The notes: generated by a model not told the origin, from the sequence alone. Positions 10,954 to 23,579 are shown, counted from the stretch's first letter. The stretch: DNA of 34,802 bases from Azolla caroliniana (GCA_043228905.1 JBHGNT010000326.1:1-34802); one strand, 5' to 3'. A program made the numbers and translations.

Positions 10954-13900
10954 CTACCTTGCTTGGTCGTTCGAGACTATTCTCCCCCTGAAGTTCAGCA
11001 CGTCAAGGTGACGCAACCCGAGCGCACCTGAGAATTGCCGCAACTTGTCCAGACCAAGAGGCTTTGTGAAGATGTCGGCAGCCTGCCGATCCGTCGGAAC
11101 GTATTGAAGTTCGACTTCACCGGAAAGGACACGCTCACGGACGAAATGGTAGTGCACCTCAATGTGCTTGGTCCGTGCGTGGAAGACGGGGTTCTTCGTG
11201 AGCTGGATGCTGCTGAGGTTGTTGCAGTAGATCTTCGTCGGATCTGACACCTCCACCTGCAGGTCCTTAAATAGCCGCTTCAACCATATGGCTTTGCATG
11301 TCGCGACAACCGCTCCTTGGTACTCAGCTTCGGTGCTCGACAGTGCAATTGTCGGCTGCTTCTTACTGCTCCATGCGATCGCGGCACTCCTGAGGGAGAA
11401 CGCGTATCCAGACGTGGATCGGCGATCGGCGGCGTTGCCAGCCCAATCAGCATCAGTGTAGCCGACTAACTGCGCGGCTGCACCGATCCGATATAGCAGT
11501 CCGCGGTCCTTAGTGCCGCTTATGTACCGCAGTACGCGTTGCGCACACTGAAGGTGCTCCTCGGTAGGTCGCGCCATGAACTGACTGATCACTCCGATCG
11601 GATAACTGAGGTCGGGTCAGGTGATGGTCAAGTATATGAGGCTTCTGACAATTTGTCGGAACCTCGTCGGGTCGCATACCTTTCCCGTATCCGGACGAAG
11701 CTTGACGGTTCTGTCCAAAGGAGTCGAGACGGACTTACAGTCGGCCATCCCGAATTTGAAGAGCATACTCAGCACGTAATAACGTTGGCTGATCAATATG
11801 CCTTCGGGGGTACGGATCACTTCGATCCCGAGGAAGTAATGAAGGTCCCCCAGATCCTTCATGTCGAACGGTGCCGCAAGCTGGAGCTTCACGCGGTCGA
11901 TTTCACTTAGGTCGGCGCCGGTGATGACCAAGTCATCAACATATAGTAAAATACTAACCGGTCCGAGTCGACCTTTCCGGATGAACAGGGAAGAGTCCTA
12001 TTTTGACGTGACGAAGCCCATCCGACGTAGTTGTTGCGTGATCTTCGCGTTCCAGGCACACGGGGCTTGCTTCAGTCCGTAAAGGGACTTCTTCAGTCGG
12101 CACACTGCCGAGGAGTCCGTTCCAGAATGAAATCCGGGGGGCTGTACCATGTACACATGTTCCTCAGGGTCACCTTGCAGGAACGCATTCTTTACATCCA
12201 TCTGATGTAAGTGCCACCCCTTCACCGCAGCTACTGCGAGCAAAACATGGACGGTCGTCATTTTCGCGACCGGCGCAAATGTCTCATCGTAGTTGATGCC
12301 GTGTTTCTGCGCGTAGCCCTTTGCCACTAGCCGAGCCTTGTACCGGTTGACCGAGCCATCAGTGTTGTACTTGACTTTGTACACCCACCTACACCATATC
12401 GGTTTTACCCCTGTTGGTGCGTCAACCAGGTCCCAGGTCTCGTTCTCCGCCAATGCGTGCATCTCTTCCTCCATCGCGGCACGCCAATTCGCATCTTTAG
12501 CCGCTTCTGCGTAGCTCTCCGGCTCACGCACTTCCGCTACATGGGTCATGTATGCATAATGATGCGCCATGTACTCGTTGTATCCGAACCGCAAAACATG
12601 ATTCTTTTGGTGGGTAGATCGGCGTAATCTCACATCAGCCGATGTCGAGGCCTTCTCGGTCGATGCGGTCTTCATCTGTAAAGACCTGTCACCGGTTCCC
12701 TCGGAGTCAGACTCGCGTCGGTCAGACTCGTTCCTTTCCGTGCCGGAATCCGACACCTTCTTCTTCCCTTTCTCTTTGCGCGTAAGCCGTCTCCTCGGCT
12801 TCCTGCGTGGGGAATGCACGACCGAGTCTCCACTACTCGCCGGCTCTTCTTCGGACTGGTCGTACCGACTCAGTCGTCCAATCGGTCCACTTAACCGGAG
12901 TGAAATCGGACTCTCTTCGCGGGTCTCGATTTCGGGCTCATCTGGAGGCATCTCGGCCTCGCTGACCTCATCGTCAGAGCTCGGATTGGAGTTGAGGTTC
13001 GTAATCGGGGGCAGGTACCAGGACGCGGACTCGTCAAACACAACGTCGCGGCTGACACACGCTTGTTTGGTGCGAGGGTTATAACACTTATAACCCTTCT
13101 GCTCGTCCGAGTAACCGACCAAGATGCATTTCTCGGCCTTTGCGTCCAGCTTCCTCCTTTTCTCCTTCGGTACATGCACATACGCAATGCTACCGAACAC
13201 CCTCAAGTGTCGCAAGTTCGGCTTCGTTTCGAAATATAGCTCGTGCGCCGACACTTTGTCTCCAATCCGGTTCTGGATGTATACCGCGGTCCTTACCGCC
13301 TCGGCCCAGTAGAACTTGGGCAAGCTCTTCTCCTCCAGCATTGCTTGTGCCGCTTCCACAACTGACCGATTCTTTCTCTCGGCCACGCTGTTCTGCTCTG
13401 GCGTGTATCTACAACTGAATTCGCGGCGAATTCCCATTTGTTGTAGGTAACCGTTGAATTGACCGGAAAAGTACTCTTTCCCGCCATCCGACCGCAAGCA
13501 CTTGATCTTTCATCCCGTTTCGGCTTCCACGAACCCTTTGAGGTCCCGGAAACAGTCGAAGACTTCGCTCTTCCTCTCAATGAGGTAGATCCATGTGTGT
13601 CGCGTGTGGTCGTCGATGAAGGAGACGAAATATCGGCTCCCGCCAAGACTAACGTTTTGTGCCGGCCCCCACACATCGGAGTGTATAAGGTCGAGTTTGT
13701 TCCGGCTCCGGTTTCGCTCATTGGGGAAGGGAAGTTGGTGTTGCTTCCCGAGCTGGCAGGCTTAACAAATTTGTGCCTTTCGGCCACTAAATTTGGGCAA
13801 TCCGAACACTACCTGTTTCGATTGCAGATCTTGAAGCCGTTGGTGGTTGACGTGGCCTATCCGCTTGTGCCACAAGTCGATGTCCGACTCGGTCTTTTGT

Positions 13901-15269
13901 CCCTTCGCGAACATTGCGGTGCCGCCGTCAGTGGAGTCGAGGATGAACATCCTCCCGTCTCTGCGCCCTTGCGCAATCACACGACCTTCTTCCTCAATGA
14001 AGCATCCGAGGTGTGTAAACCGAACCTCCATCCCTTGGTCGACGATCTGTCCGACCGAGACCAAGTTTTTCGTGATTGTCGGGACGTGGAGCACGTTCAA
14101 GAGTTTCCCTTTCTGCCCGACATGGCTAAAGGGAACTTATCCGACATTCGCGATCGGATGCGGAGTGTCGTCTCCAGTTGCGACTACTCCAGGTTGTATC
14201 GGTTTTTCAAGGTACGAGAACCACTCCTTATGGCTCGTCATGTGGTTTGACGCGCCGAGTCTACGTACCACACCTCGTCCGATCTCGGGGTGCTCTGTTT
14301 CATTGAGTTTGCTTCGTGTCTCGTCACGAAGACAGACCCTTCTCCGACTCTCCCAGAGTCTTGGGCGTAGTGTGATCGCTGCCGATTTCCCTTGTCGGTA
14401 TGTCCGGAGCCGTTTCCGCAACCGGTTCTCTCCGAATCAGCGTGCTTCTTCCAACACTCACTTTCCCTGTGGCCTTTCTTGCCACAATACCAGCACTCGG
14501 CGATGGCCTTCCCTTGCCGGTTCTCATCGCTTCGACTCTCCCTGTTTCCGGAGGGTCCAGAGTTGCTGTCGGCATCACTTCGGTGCCATCTTCCTTGATC
14601 TCGTCGGCCGCCTCCATTGCGCGCCGATTCGCCTCGTCCTCCACGTCCACGGGGCCTATCTCCCTCCGTGTACAGCATTCTGCTATCGGTGTGCGTGCTT
14701 GTAGACGCACCCGCGTGGTTCTCCTCTACCAGGAGCATTGACTATAAGTCGAAAAAGGACGGCGTATTCTCCCGGGTACACACAGCCGTTCGGAACGCTC
14801 CGAACTTCGACGCCAAACCTCCGAGACAGATCTGGACCATCTCGCTCTCCTCGATGTTCACCTCTATGGAGGCGAGGGAGTCGCAGATATCCTTGATCTT
14901 CGAGGTATAGTCCGCCACTAACAAGTCGCGTTGTCGTAGGTTGCTCAACTCCTGTCGGAGCTGAAGCTTCCTGGCTGTGGTGCTCGCGGCGAAAATCTTC
15001 TTCAGATTTTCCCACGCACCCTTCGGCGTCTTTGCATCCCGAACATAGCTCAATAGCTGTTCGCCCACACACGACGCGAAGCAGTAGAATACCCTGCTCG
15101 CCGATTGCTCCCACGACGGGAAGTCTCTGTGTGTCGATTCGGGTGCCGCGTCATTAGCTCCTTCGACATAACTCCAGTAGCCGTGCCCGAGCAGGTATTG
15201 GTGCATCTTGTAGGACCAAGAGGCGTAGTTGGTTCTGTCGAGCTTCTCTGTTGGAAGTGAGCTCGCCAT
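10954..15269 (-). pseudogene. Element E gag-PR-INT-RT-RNase H polyprotein, disrupted
   Basis: Gag MASSLPTEKLDRTNYASW; zinc knuckle CWYCGKKGHRESEC; PR WYVDS(G)ASNHM with 1-nt frameshift near 14255; [11 protein letters not shown]...AERKNR; RT and RNase H motifs; nonsense codons such as FDL*SML at 14742. Confidence 0.94.
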
Positions 15270-15341
15270 GCCTCTATCCTTCGTTCTTCTCGTTCTTCTT
15301 CGTCAAGCTGTGTCGGCTGCAGAGAGGTTCTCAACCCTCGC

Positions 15342-15353
15342 GCTCTGATACCA
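15342..15353 (-). promoter_or_regulatory. Primer-binding site, initiator tRNA-Met (element E)
   Basis: TGGTATCAGAGC on - directly after the 5' LTR. Confidence 0.95.
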
Positions 15354-15748
15354 TGTAGAAAGTAGCGTGCGGAAGCAAGTATGAAGACCGAACAGAAGGA
15401 AGGAAACTCAGGTTTAATGGAGAGCTTGAGCTTACACGGTATACGCGGGAGAGACAGAGAGAGTGAGAGAGAAGACACAAAAAACTATATTCAACAATAA
15501 TACTCAGTCTGTACATAAGACGTGCTCAGTGAACACTTTTATACAAGTCCTAGAAGGACTGACCAAAGTACTGACAATACTTCAATGCTCATCAAGAGCT
15601 CCTACACTAACTCCCAAATATATTCCTCACGGAATATCTTTCCTAACGACCTCCCGGTTTACGCACTCGGCCTAACCGATTGGTCCCAACCGATCCGGTC
15701 CTCGGCTTCTTCAGCCGATCCGGCTGATGTTGAGCTTGTCTCTCAACA
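15354..15748 (-). repeat. 5' LTR of element E
   Basis: Adjacent to the PBS; followed on + by TSD ATAAT. Confidence 0.96.
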
Positions 15749-18359
15749 ATAATGATACGCCATGTACTCGTCGTAGCTGTAGCGGTTTACGGGGTTCTTC
15801 TCGCGCGTGGATTGGCATGGCTTGTCATTTGCGGGTTCTAAGGGTTTCTTCACGCCGTCCGTGCGGATGTCAAGGCCTTCGACCTCACTGTCGAGATCGA
15901 AATGATCTTCATACTCCTGCATTTTCGCCTTGCCTTTGTCACGCAGTGGACTTGGCCGAGATGTGCTTTGATCACTTGGGGGCTCTTGTGGTCCACTTAG
16001 CCATGTCGAAATTGGACTTTCTTCGTGCATATGCGTGAGACGATCTTCGGCTTCTATTCTTATTTCGGTGTCATCCATGTTGAGTGGAGTCGAAGTATTC
16101 TCTGGTGCGTACTAGAATGCAGACTTGTCGAAGACTACGTCTTGACTGATGCAAACTTTTCGGTTAGATGGGTTGTAGCACTTGTACCCCTTTTGTTCGA
16201 GTGAGTATCCTACGAGGATACATTTCTCCGACTTTGGATCGAGCTTTTGTCGTGTATCGTCGAGAATATGTACGTAGGCGATAGAGCTGAAAATGCGGAC
16301 ATGCGATAAGTCTGGCTTCTTTCCAAAGAACTTCTCATGAGGAGTTATGTCGTGTACTCCTGAGGTTGTGCACTTATTCATGAGATATACGGCCGTGTTC
16401 GCCGCTTCTACCCAGTACGATTTCAGCAGGTTCTTCTCAATGTTCATCATGGCACGCATGACTTCTACTATGTGGCGGTTTTTACGCTCAGCTACGCCGT
16501 TTTGTTGAGGTGTATGTCGACACGAGAACTCTCGTCGGACTCCTTCCTTGCGGAGATACGCCAAGAACTCATCCGAAAAATATTCTTTGCCTCCATCTGA
16601 TCGAAGGCATCATACATGCCGGCCCGTGGCTTTTTCCACTTTGGCTTTGAACTTCTGGAAGTGGCCGAACACTTTACTCTTTTGCTTCATCGGATAAATC
16701 CAAGTATTTCTGGAGAAGTTGTCGATGAATGTGACATAGTAACGGCATCCACCGAAAATAGCTGTTTGGGCTGGTCCCCACACATCTGAATGTATGACAT
16801 CTAGGATCCCTTTGCTTACATTCCGCTCTTTTCGGAATGGATGACGGCGTTGCTTTCCGAATTGGCATGCTTCGCACACACCCGTGATCTCCTTTGTTGT
16901 AAAGGTCGGGAGTCCGATTACGACTCCTTTTGTCTGCATGTTTTGAAGCTTTTGGAGATTGATGTGGTTGATTCTCTTGTGCCACAACTTTAAGTCGGTT
17001 TTGACTTTCTGGCCCTTTGCGTACATAGCCGACTTTACTTCTCTCGACTCAAGGATGAACATACGGCCTTCTCGTCTGTCGTGAGCTCTGATTTGATCGC
17101 CTTTTTCAATAAAGCACCCATCGTTGTTGAAGTGTACCTGCATTCCTTGTTCTACAATCTAGCCGACCGAGACCAGGTTTTTCGTGATGGTGGGAACATG
17201 CAGTATGTTCTTGAGGTAGGTCTGTTCGCTGTCGTTTCCGAATGGGACATTCCCGATATGCTGTATTGGATGAGTTGTATCATCACCTATTTCGACATAT
17301 CCGGGACGTTCGGGCTTCTGTAATTCCCGGAACCAATCTTCATGGGAAGTCATGTGATTGGAAGCTCCCGAATCGACAAACCATACACTATTAGGAGTGG
17401 AGGCGTTGGTTGTCGCAAATGCAGACATCGAGTGTGCTTCGTGCTTCATTATGAACATTCCGCCACGGTCGCCGTAGTCGAAGTTCGTGGCATAGTTCGT
17501 GAGTTGTCGGCCTGCCTCACATTTCTTCTTCCGGCACTCTTCTTCGTAGTGGTCGGGTTTTCCGCAGTACCCACACTCAACTGGGTTTCGACGATTGCTT
17601 GGTCCTGCGTTATGACTCCCCCTTTCGCCAAGCTCTCTGGGCCCGTTCCTGTCCGCTTGCCACTGGTGGGAGTTACGCCCTTGATTCCGCCGATCATTAT
17701 GGCCTTGTCCAAAACGACCTATGTTTCCACGGCCGAAATCTCTTCTATTATCCGATTGGGAGTAGAGTAGATGACCATCTGATGCGTTGCTCCTCTGTCG
17801 GGCGTGATTCTCTTCGACCAACAATATTGATTGAAGGTCGAAGGAGGGAGGGTTCTCCCTTGCGAGAATAGCCGATCTAATTGCGCCGAAACGCGGTGCT
17901 AAGCCTCTGAGGCATATCTGCACCAGTTTGTCATCGTTAGTGACGATGTTGATCGATCCGAGGGCGTCACATAACTCCTTGATCTTCAAGGAGCTTGAGA
18001 TTGACACGTCCCTCTGTTGGATGCTATTCAGCTCTTGACGAAGCTGGAGCTTGCATGCGGCCATGTTGGCTGCGAAAATCTTTTTGAGATTTTCCCACGC
18101 CTGCTTCATCGTTTTTGCCTCTCGAATGTAGCCAAGCATGTGATCATGAACGCATGATGCAAGGCAACACGCGGCTTGCGGCCTGCTCCCAAGCAGGATA
18201 GTCAACGTGTGTTGGGTTGGGGTGTGATTCGTGAGCTCCTTCGATGTAGCTCCAGTAGCCTTGTCCGACAAGATATTGACGCATCTTGTATTCCCAAGAT
18301 GCAAAATTCGTTCTGTTGAGCTTCTCAGTAGGAAGAGCGCTTCCCATTTGAGTATTCAT
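15749..18359 (-). pseudogene. Element D gag-PR-INT, disrupted
   Basis: MNTQMGSALPTEKLNRTNFASW; CGYCGKPDHYEEEC; WFVDSGASNHM; IHSDVWGP; PQQNGVAERKNR. Confidence 0.92.
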
Positions 18360-18448
18360 GGTGACTTCTTCTCTGTCGATGGGTCGGTTCTGTTGATCGT
18401 CGGCGTGCAACACACCACAGTCGAAAATGCTTGATCTGGCAACCACAC

Positions 18449-18460
18449 GCTCTGATACCA
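18449..18460 (-). promoter_or_regulatory. Primer-binding site, tRNA-Met (element D)
   Basis: TGGTATCAGAGC on -. Confidence 0.95.
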
Positions 18461-18740
18461 TGTTAGGAAATGGAGTCTGTGGTGATTGCAATGCAATGGA
18501 AGGTGAACGTAGGTGTGTGTATGTGTAACAACACAGAGAGAGAGAGAGACAGAGATAGACAAAAGTGTATATGATATTAATGAAACAAAATACATCCAAC
18601 ATTAACTAAGTAACAATGAGTTGGTTTATATACCAACTAAGCTAGGGCAAGCGCCCTTTCTACTATTTACAAAACTAGCCTGGAATGTCCATGAGCTAGT
18701 GTGAAACCTATCTATGGGAAGTTGAGTTCGATTCTCAACA
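18461..18740 (-). repeat. 5' LTR of element D
   Basis: Direct repeat of 8077-8373, differing mainly in the (GA)n tract. Confidence 0.93.
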
Positions 18741-21468
18741 GTGAGGAACGAGATCCCATGTCTCGTTCTTGCATAATGCACGCATCTCCTTGTTCATAGC
18801 TTTGATCCATCGCGGCTTCGGAAAAGGTTTCCGGCTCCTGCACTATTGCCACCTTCATCATAAATGCGTAATGGTATGCCATATAATCGTTGTAGCCGAA
18901 TCGGCTTATGGGGTTCTTTTCACGGGTGGATCGGCGGAGCTTCTCGTTTGCGGATTCTAAGGCTTTCTTCACTCCATTTGTCCGGATGTCAAGGTCTTCA
19001 AACTCACTATCGAGGGAGTGAGTCGATTCGATGCCGTCAAAATGATCGTTTTCATACTCCAACATTTTTGCCTTCCCTTTGTCTAGCTTCGGACTCAGCC
19101 GAGATGTGCTTTGATCGCTCAGGGGTTCTTGTGGCCTTCTAACTAAGCCTTGTCGTAATTGGGATTTCTTCGAACATGTGCGTGAGTCGATCGTCGGTTT
19201 CTATCTCTATTCCGGTGGAATCCGGGTCAAGCGGAATTGAAGTCGAAGTTGTCTCTGGTGCGTAGCAGGATGCGGACTCGTTGAAAATGACGTCACGACT
19301 TACTCGAGATTTTCGAGTTGAGGGGTTATAGCACTTGTACCCCTTTTGCTCTAGTGAGTATCCTATGAGGATACATTTCTCTGAGTTCGGGCTGAGCTTT
19401 TGTCGCTTTTCGTCGGGGATGTGCACATACGCAATGGAGCCGAATATCCGAACATGTGAAAGATCCAGCTTCTTTCCAAAAAACTTCTCGTGCGGCGTGA
19501 GTTCATGCACGCCGGATGTCGTACATTGATTCATGAGATAGACGGCCGTGTTAGCTGCTTCCGCCCAATACGATTTCGGCATGTGCTTTTCGTTAAGCAT
19601 AGCCTGTGCTACTTCGAGGATGTGCCGATTCTTGCGTTCAGCTACTCTGTTATGTTGTGGTGTATATCGACATAAAAATCCTCGTCGAATTCCTTCTTTT
19701 TGAAGATATAAACTCATCCGAGAAATATTCTTTGCCTCATCCGATCGAAGGAACCGTACGTGTCGACTTGTAGCTTTTTCGACTCCACTCTTGAATTTTT
19801 GGAAGTGTTCGAACACTTCGCTCTTTTGCCGCATCGGGTAGATCCAAGTGTGCCTAGAGAAGTTTGAGCCGGTCCCCATACATCGAAATGAATTACGTCG
19901 AGTACGCCTTTTCTTACATTCCTCTCCCTCAGAAATGGATGCCGATGTTGCTTTCCGAATTGGCAAGCCGCACATACTCCTTCAATCTCTCTCTCTTTAA
20001 AGGTCCGATGATGACTCCTTTCGATTGCATCGCCTTTAGCTTTTGAAGGTTGATATGGCCAATCCGCTTGTGCTATAACTCTATGTCGGACTCGCCTTTC
20101 ATGCCTTTTGCGAACATGGCCGATTTCATCTTGTGCGAGTCGAGAATGAACATTCGGCCCTCTCTTCGTCCGCGCGCGATGAGTCGGCCCTCTTTTTTGA
20201 TGAAGCAACCACCTTGATTAAATTGAACTTGCATTCCTTGCTCTACAATTTGGCCGACAAAGACCAAATTCTTCGTGATAGTTGGTACATGCAAGACATT
20301 TTTAATGTATATTTGCTTACCTTCTTTTCCGATCGGAACATTGCCGATGTGCCGAATCGGGTGCATAATGTCGTCTCCGGTTTCGACATGGCTGGGTCGG
20401 TCTGGCTCTCGAAGTTCTCAGAACCATTCTTGATGCGACGTCATATGGTTCGAGGCACTGGAATCGACGAGCCATACGTCTTCCGGACCGGAGGCACGAG
20501 TAGAAGTAGAGGCCAACATAGAATTCGCTCTATGTCTCATTACGAATAATCCACCGTAATCGTCGTACTCGGAGTCGGCGGTGTAATTGGTGAGTTGTCG
20601 ACTAGTGGAAGCCGACTCACGCATCTTCTTTCGGCACTCTTCTTCGCGGTGGCCGATTTTTCCGCAATATCCGCATTAGATCGAGTTTTGTTGACTTGGA
20701 CCGGAATGGAAGCTCCCCCTTCTTTCGAAGGTTCCTCGATGGCTTCCGTCTTGATGCCGAAATTGCGAGTTGTTTTCGTAAGTCGGGCCTCGTCCGCCTT
20801 GTCCTTGGCCGAATCGGCCTCTTCTTACACGGCCGTGTCCTCTTCCTCCGTCCGAATGCGTGTAGAGCATGTGGCCTTCCAAGGCGTTACTCCTTGTTCG
20901 AACATGATTTTCTTTGACCAACAACATGGATTGAAGATCGAAGAAGGAGGGCGGATTCTCTCGTGCTAGTACGGCGGTCCGCATCGCACCGAACCGTGGT
21001 GCAAGGTTGTCGAGGCATATTTGCATCATTTCGTCATCTTCCACATTGACGCTTATTGACCGAAGCGAGTCACAAAGCTCCTTGATCTTCAAGGTGTAGC
21101 TCGTGATGGACATATCCTGTTGTTGGATGTTGTTCAACTCTTGGCGGAGTTGAAGCTTTCTCGCGGTTGTGTTGGCGGCAAAAATCTTTCGTAGATTCTC
21201 CCACGCTTCCTTTGGCGTCTCGGCTTCTCGAATGTACCCGAGCATGTCGCCAAGAAATACATGTCGCCAAGAAATACATCACTTGGCTTGCCGCTTGCTC
21301 CCACGTTGCATAGTCGGCATCTCTCGGGTCGGGTCGGTTTTCTTGTGCTCCCTTGATCCCAATAGCCTTGGCCAACAAGGTATTGATGCATCTTGTAAGT
21401 TCCCAAGATGCGAAGTTGTTTCGGTCCAACTTCTCAATAGGGAGAGCGCTCCCCATTTGAGTATTCAT
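18741..21468 (-). pseudogene. Element B gag-PR-INT, heavily frameshifted
   Basis: MNTQMGSALPIEKLDRNNFASW; RKLQLRQELNNI; WLVDSSASNHM; AERKNRHILE; [18 protein letters not shown]. Confidence 0.92.
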
Positions 21469-21623
21469 TGTCGATTAAGCTTCCATTCTTCTTTTCCTTC
21501 TCTCTCGAACACAAGCTATGTAGTGGTACTACGATAGCGATGAGCCGGTTCTTCTTGAACGTCGGCGTAGAGCACAACACACGATCACGATGAGGCAAGT
21601 GGGCTAGATCGAGCTACCAAATC

Positions 21624-21635
21624 GCTCTGATACCA
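21624..21635 (-). promoter_or_regulatory. Primer-binding site, tRNA-Met (element B)
   Basis: TGGTATCAGAGC on -. Confidence 0.95.
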
Positions 21636-22101
21636 TGTAAAGAATAGATGGTGATTCTTGTGCAGCGGAATAGATATGTGTGTTATGTGTGTGTGTGAGA
21701 GAGAGAGAAAATAGAGGAGAGAGGAGAACACAAGATAGATAAGAACAAGAAATAAAATACTCAAGAAGAAGAAGATGTATATTTCACAAGTAGAATGGAT
21801 ATACAAAATTGTAGCATTACAAGGAGTCACAATCGACTTAATATGAAGTATGAGGAGGGTGCTTTATATAGAGTCACCCTCTCTCTTCATTAACTTACAA
21901 CAAACACTCTCTCTCTTGGGGAATGTGAAAACTCATAGTCATGGGGATTATGTAACTCATTAGTTATGTGTCATAGAATATGATTCTATGACACATAGAT
22001 AATATGTAGAGAGTAGTGGTGTGACTCTTGACCTTTGAGTAATCATGGATTCTCAAAAGGTGTGTTCACACGTTGCACTATGTTGAGCTTGATTCTCAAC
22101 A
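21636..22101 (-). repeat. 5' LTR of element B
   Basis: Direct repeat of 6065-6510; adjacent to the PBS. Confidence 0.93.
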
Positions 22102-22110
22102 CGCCCCCTC

Positions 22111-23561
22111 TCAAGTACCTCTTCCTTTCTTGAAGAAGAATGATGTTTGAATGAGACTCTTCTTTGCTTTCCTACCACAAAATGATTGCACATGTCTAAC
22201 TTCGTACCTTTTAGACCTGGAAGCAAGCTTTTCTTTGCTAGGAAATCAAGACTTCCCGTCTCACTAATGTGAGACAACCTTTTATGCCATAGCTCTGACA
22301 TATTGTTGCTTTCAATTGCATTCACAAGATTAGTAGAGATAGATGCTTGTAATAAATACAAACTAGAGAATTTCTTACCACACGCTACAACCAATGAGCC
22401 CTTAGTGAGTTTCCATTGTCCCTCATTGAAGATGTTGCAATAGCCATCATCATCTAATCTTCCAGTTGAGATAAGATGTAAACGAATGTCCGATACATGT
22501 CTTACCTCGTGAATGAACTTTGATCCCATGTTAGTTTCCAAACAAATAGTCCCGGTGCCTACCACCTTCGAAAGACCATCATTGCCCATCTTCACAACTC
22601 CGAAATCCCCTTAAGTATAAGAAGAAAAAACTCCCTTCTAGATGTGACATGGAACGATGCTCCACTATCAACAACCCAATTAGTTTCATTGTGGGCAAGA
22701 TTAATTACGTTGTCATCATAAACAACAAGTAAATCATCTGAGGAAGTTGTATTAACATGATTAGAATTATCATCGTTACCTTTGTTTTCATGCTTGTCGT
22801 TAGATGTGTGGTTCTCCTTTTTCCATTTGTAACAATACCTCTTTGTGTCTTGTTTTACCACAAAAATGACATTCTAGATTTTTATACCTTGGTTTTGATT
22901 TATTTCTACTCCTCCCTTGGTTGGTTTGACCTTGGCTTGTATGGTTACTCCTCCCTCTCTCAACCATCAAGACCTCCGTATGTGACGATGTCCCTTGTGT
23001 CCTTCGTCTCATCTCCTCGTTTAGAACACCGTTCTTGACATATTCCGTAGTCACACTTTTGTTTGGAGCTGCATTAGTTAGAGATACCCTAAAAGTTTCC
23101 CATGAATCAGGGAGAGTGTTTAACAACCATAACGCATGAATCTCATCATCAAATTTCACTCCCATACCAAAAAGTTGGTCGAAACATCCTTGAAATTCAT
23201 TTACACGATCTAAGATGGAACTATCTTCTTTATACACTAAATGCATCGCTTGTTTAAGCAAAAATGACTTATTGTTACCCGTCTTTAATGCATACAATCT
23301 TTCGAGTTTATTCCATAGAGCTTTGGCATCCGTTTCATTCACAATATGGTTTAAGACATTCTCTCCTACCCATTGTTGAATAAAACCACATACCTGTTGG
23401 TTCTCTAAAAGCCATTCCTAGGTGGTTTTGCTCTCCGATTTAGTGGCTGCGAAAACAGGTAAGTGTAGATTTTTCACAAAAAGAAGATCTTTCATCTTAC
23501 CTTTCCATTTGTGGTAATTGGTGCTGTTCAAGCAAACCATTGTGGAAAAATTTGCCTCCAT
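22111..23561 (-). pseudogene. Element C gag-PR-INT(N), Tto1-like, disrupted
   Basis: MEANFSTMVCLNSTNYHKWKGKMKDLLFVKNLHLPVF; LERLYALKTGNNK; GVKFDDEIHALWLLNTLPDSWETF; NEEMRRRTQG; WVVDSGASFHVT; LWHKRLSHIS. Confidence 0.9.
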
Positions 23562-23579
23562 AAGAACGTGCTAAACCTC

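Larger units (their letters stand above)
10067..15748 (-). mobile_element. Ty1/copia element E, full length 5682 bp, innermost and youngest
   Basis: 395-bp LTRs 10067-10461 and 15354-15748 with 6 differences counted by eye, all transitions; perfect TSD ATAAT; PBS 15342-15353; PPT complement ctccccctcaa from 10462. Confidence 0.96.
8077..18740 (-). mobile_element. Ty1/copia element D (about 5.0 kb without E), inserted at the RT start of B
   Basis: LTRs 8077-8373 and 18461-18740; PBS 18449-18460; flanks GTGGG/GTGAG (4 of 5 TSD match); excision restores NETWDLVPHSLHKKAIGCRW in B. Confidence 0.93.
6065..22101 (-). mobile_element. Ty1/copia element B (about 5.4 kb without inserts)
   Basis: LTRs 6065-6510 and 21636-22101 (TG...CA); PBS 21624-21635; PPT complement from 6511; degenerate gag-pol; no TSD. 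Confidence 0.92.

Noticed and set aside
10440-10991. 183-aa + strand ORF as an env-like or antisense gene of element E
   Set aside because: It is the mirror of the purine-rich minus-strand Pol extension; it starts at a TTG inside the LTR and has no convincing domain.
13459-14910. Long + strand ORFs (263 and 285 aa) as antisense genes
   Set aside because: They shadow the GC-rich copia gag-pol on - and show no recognisable motifs.
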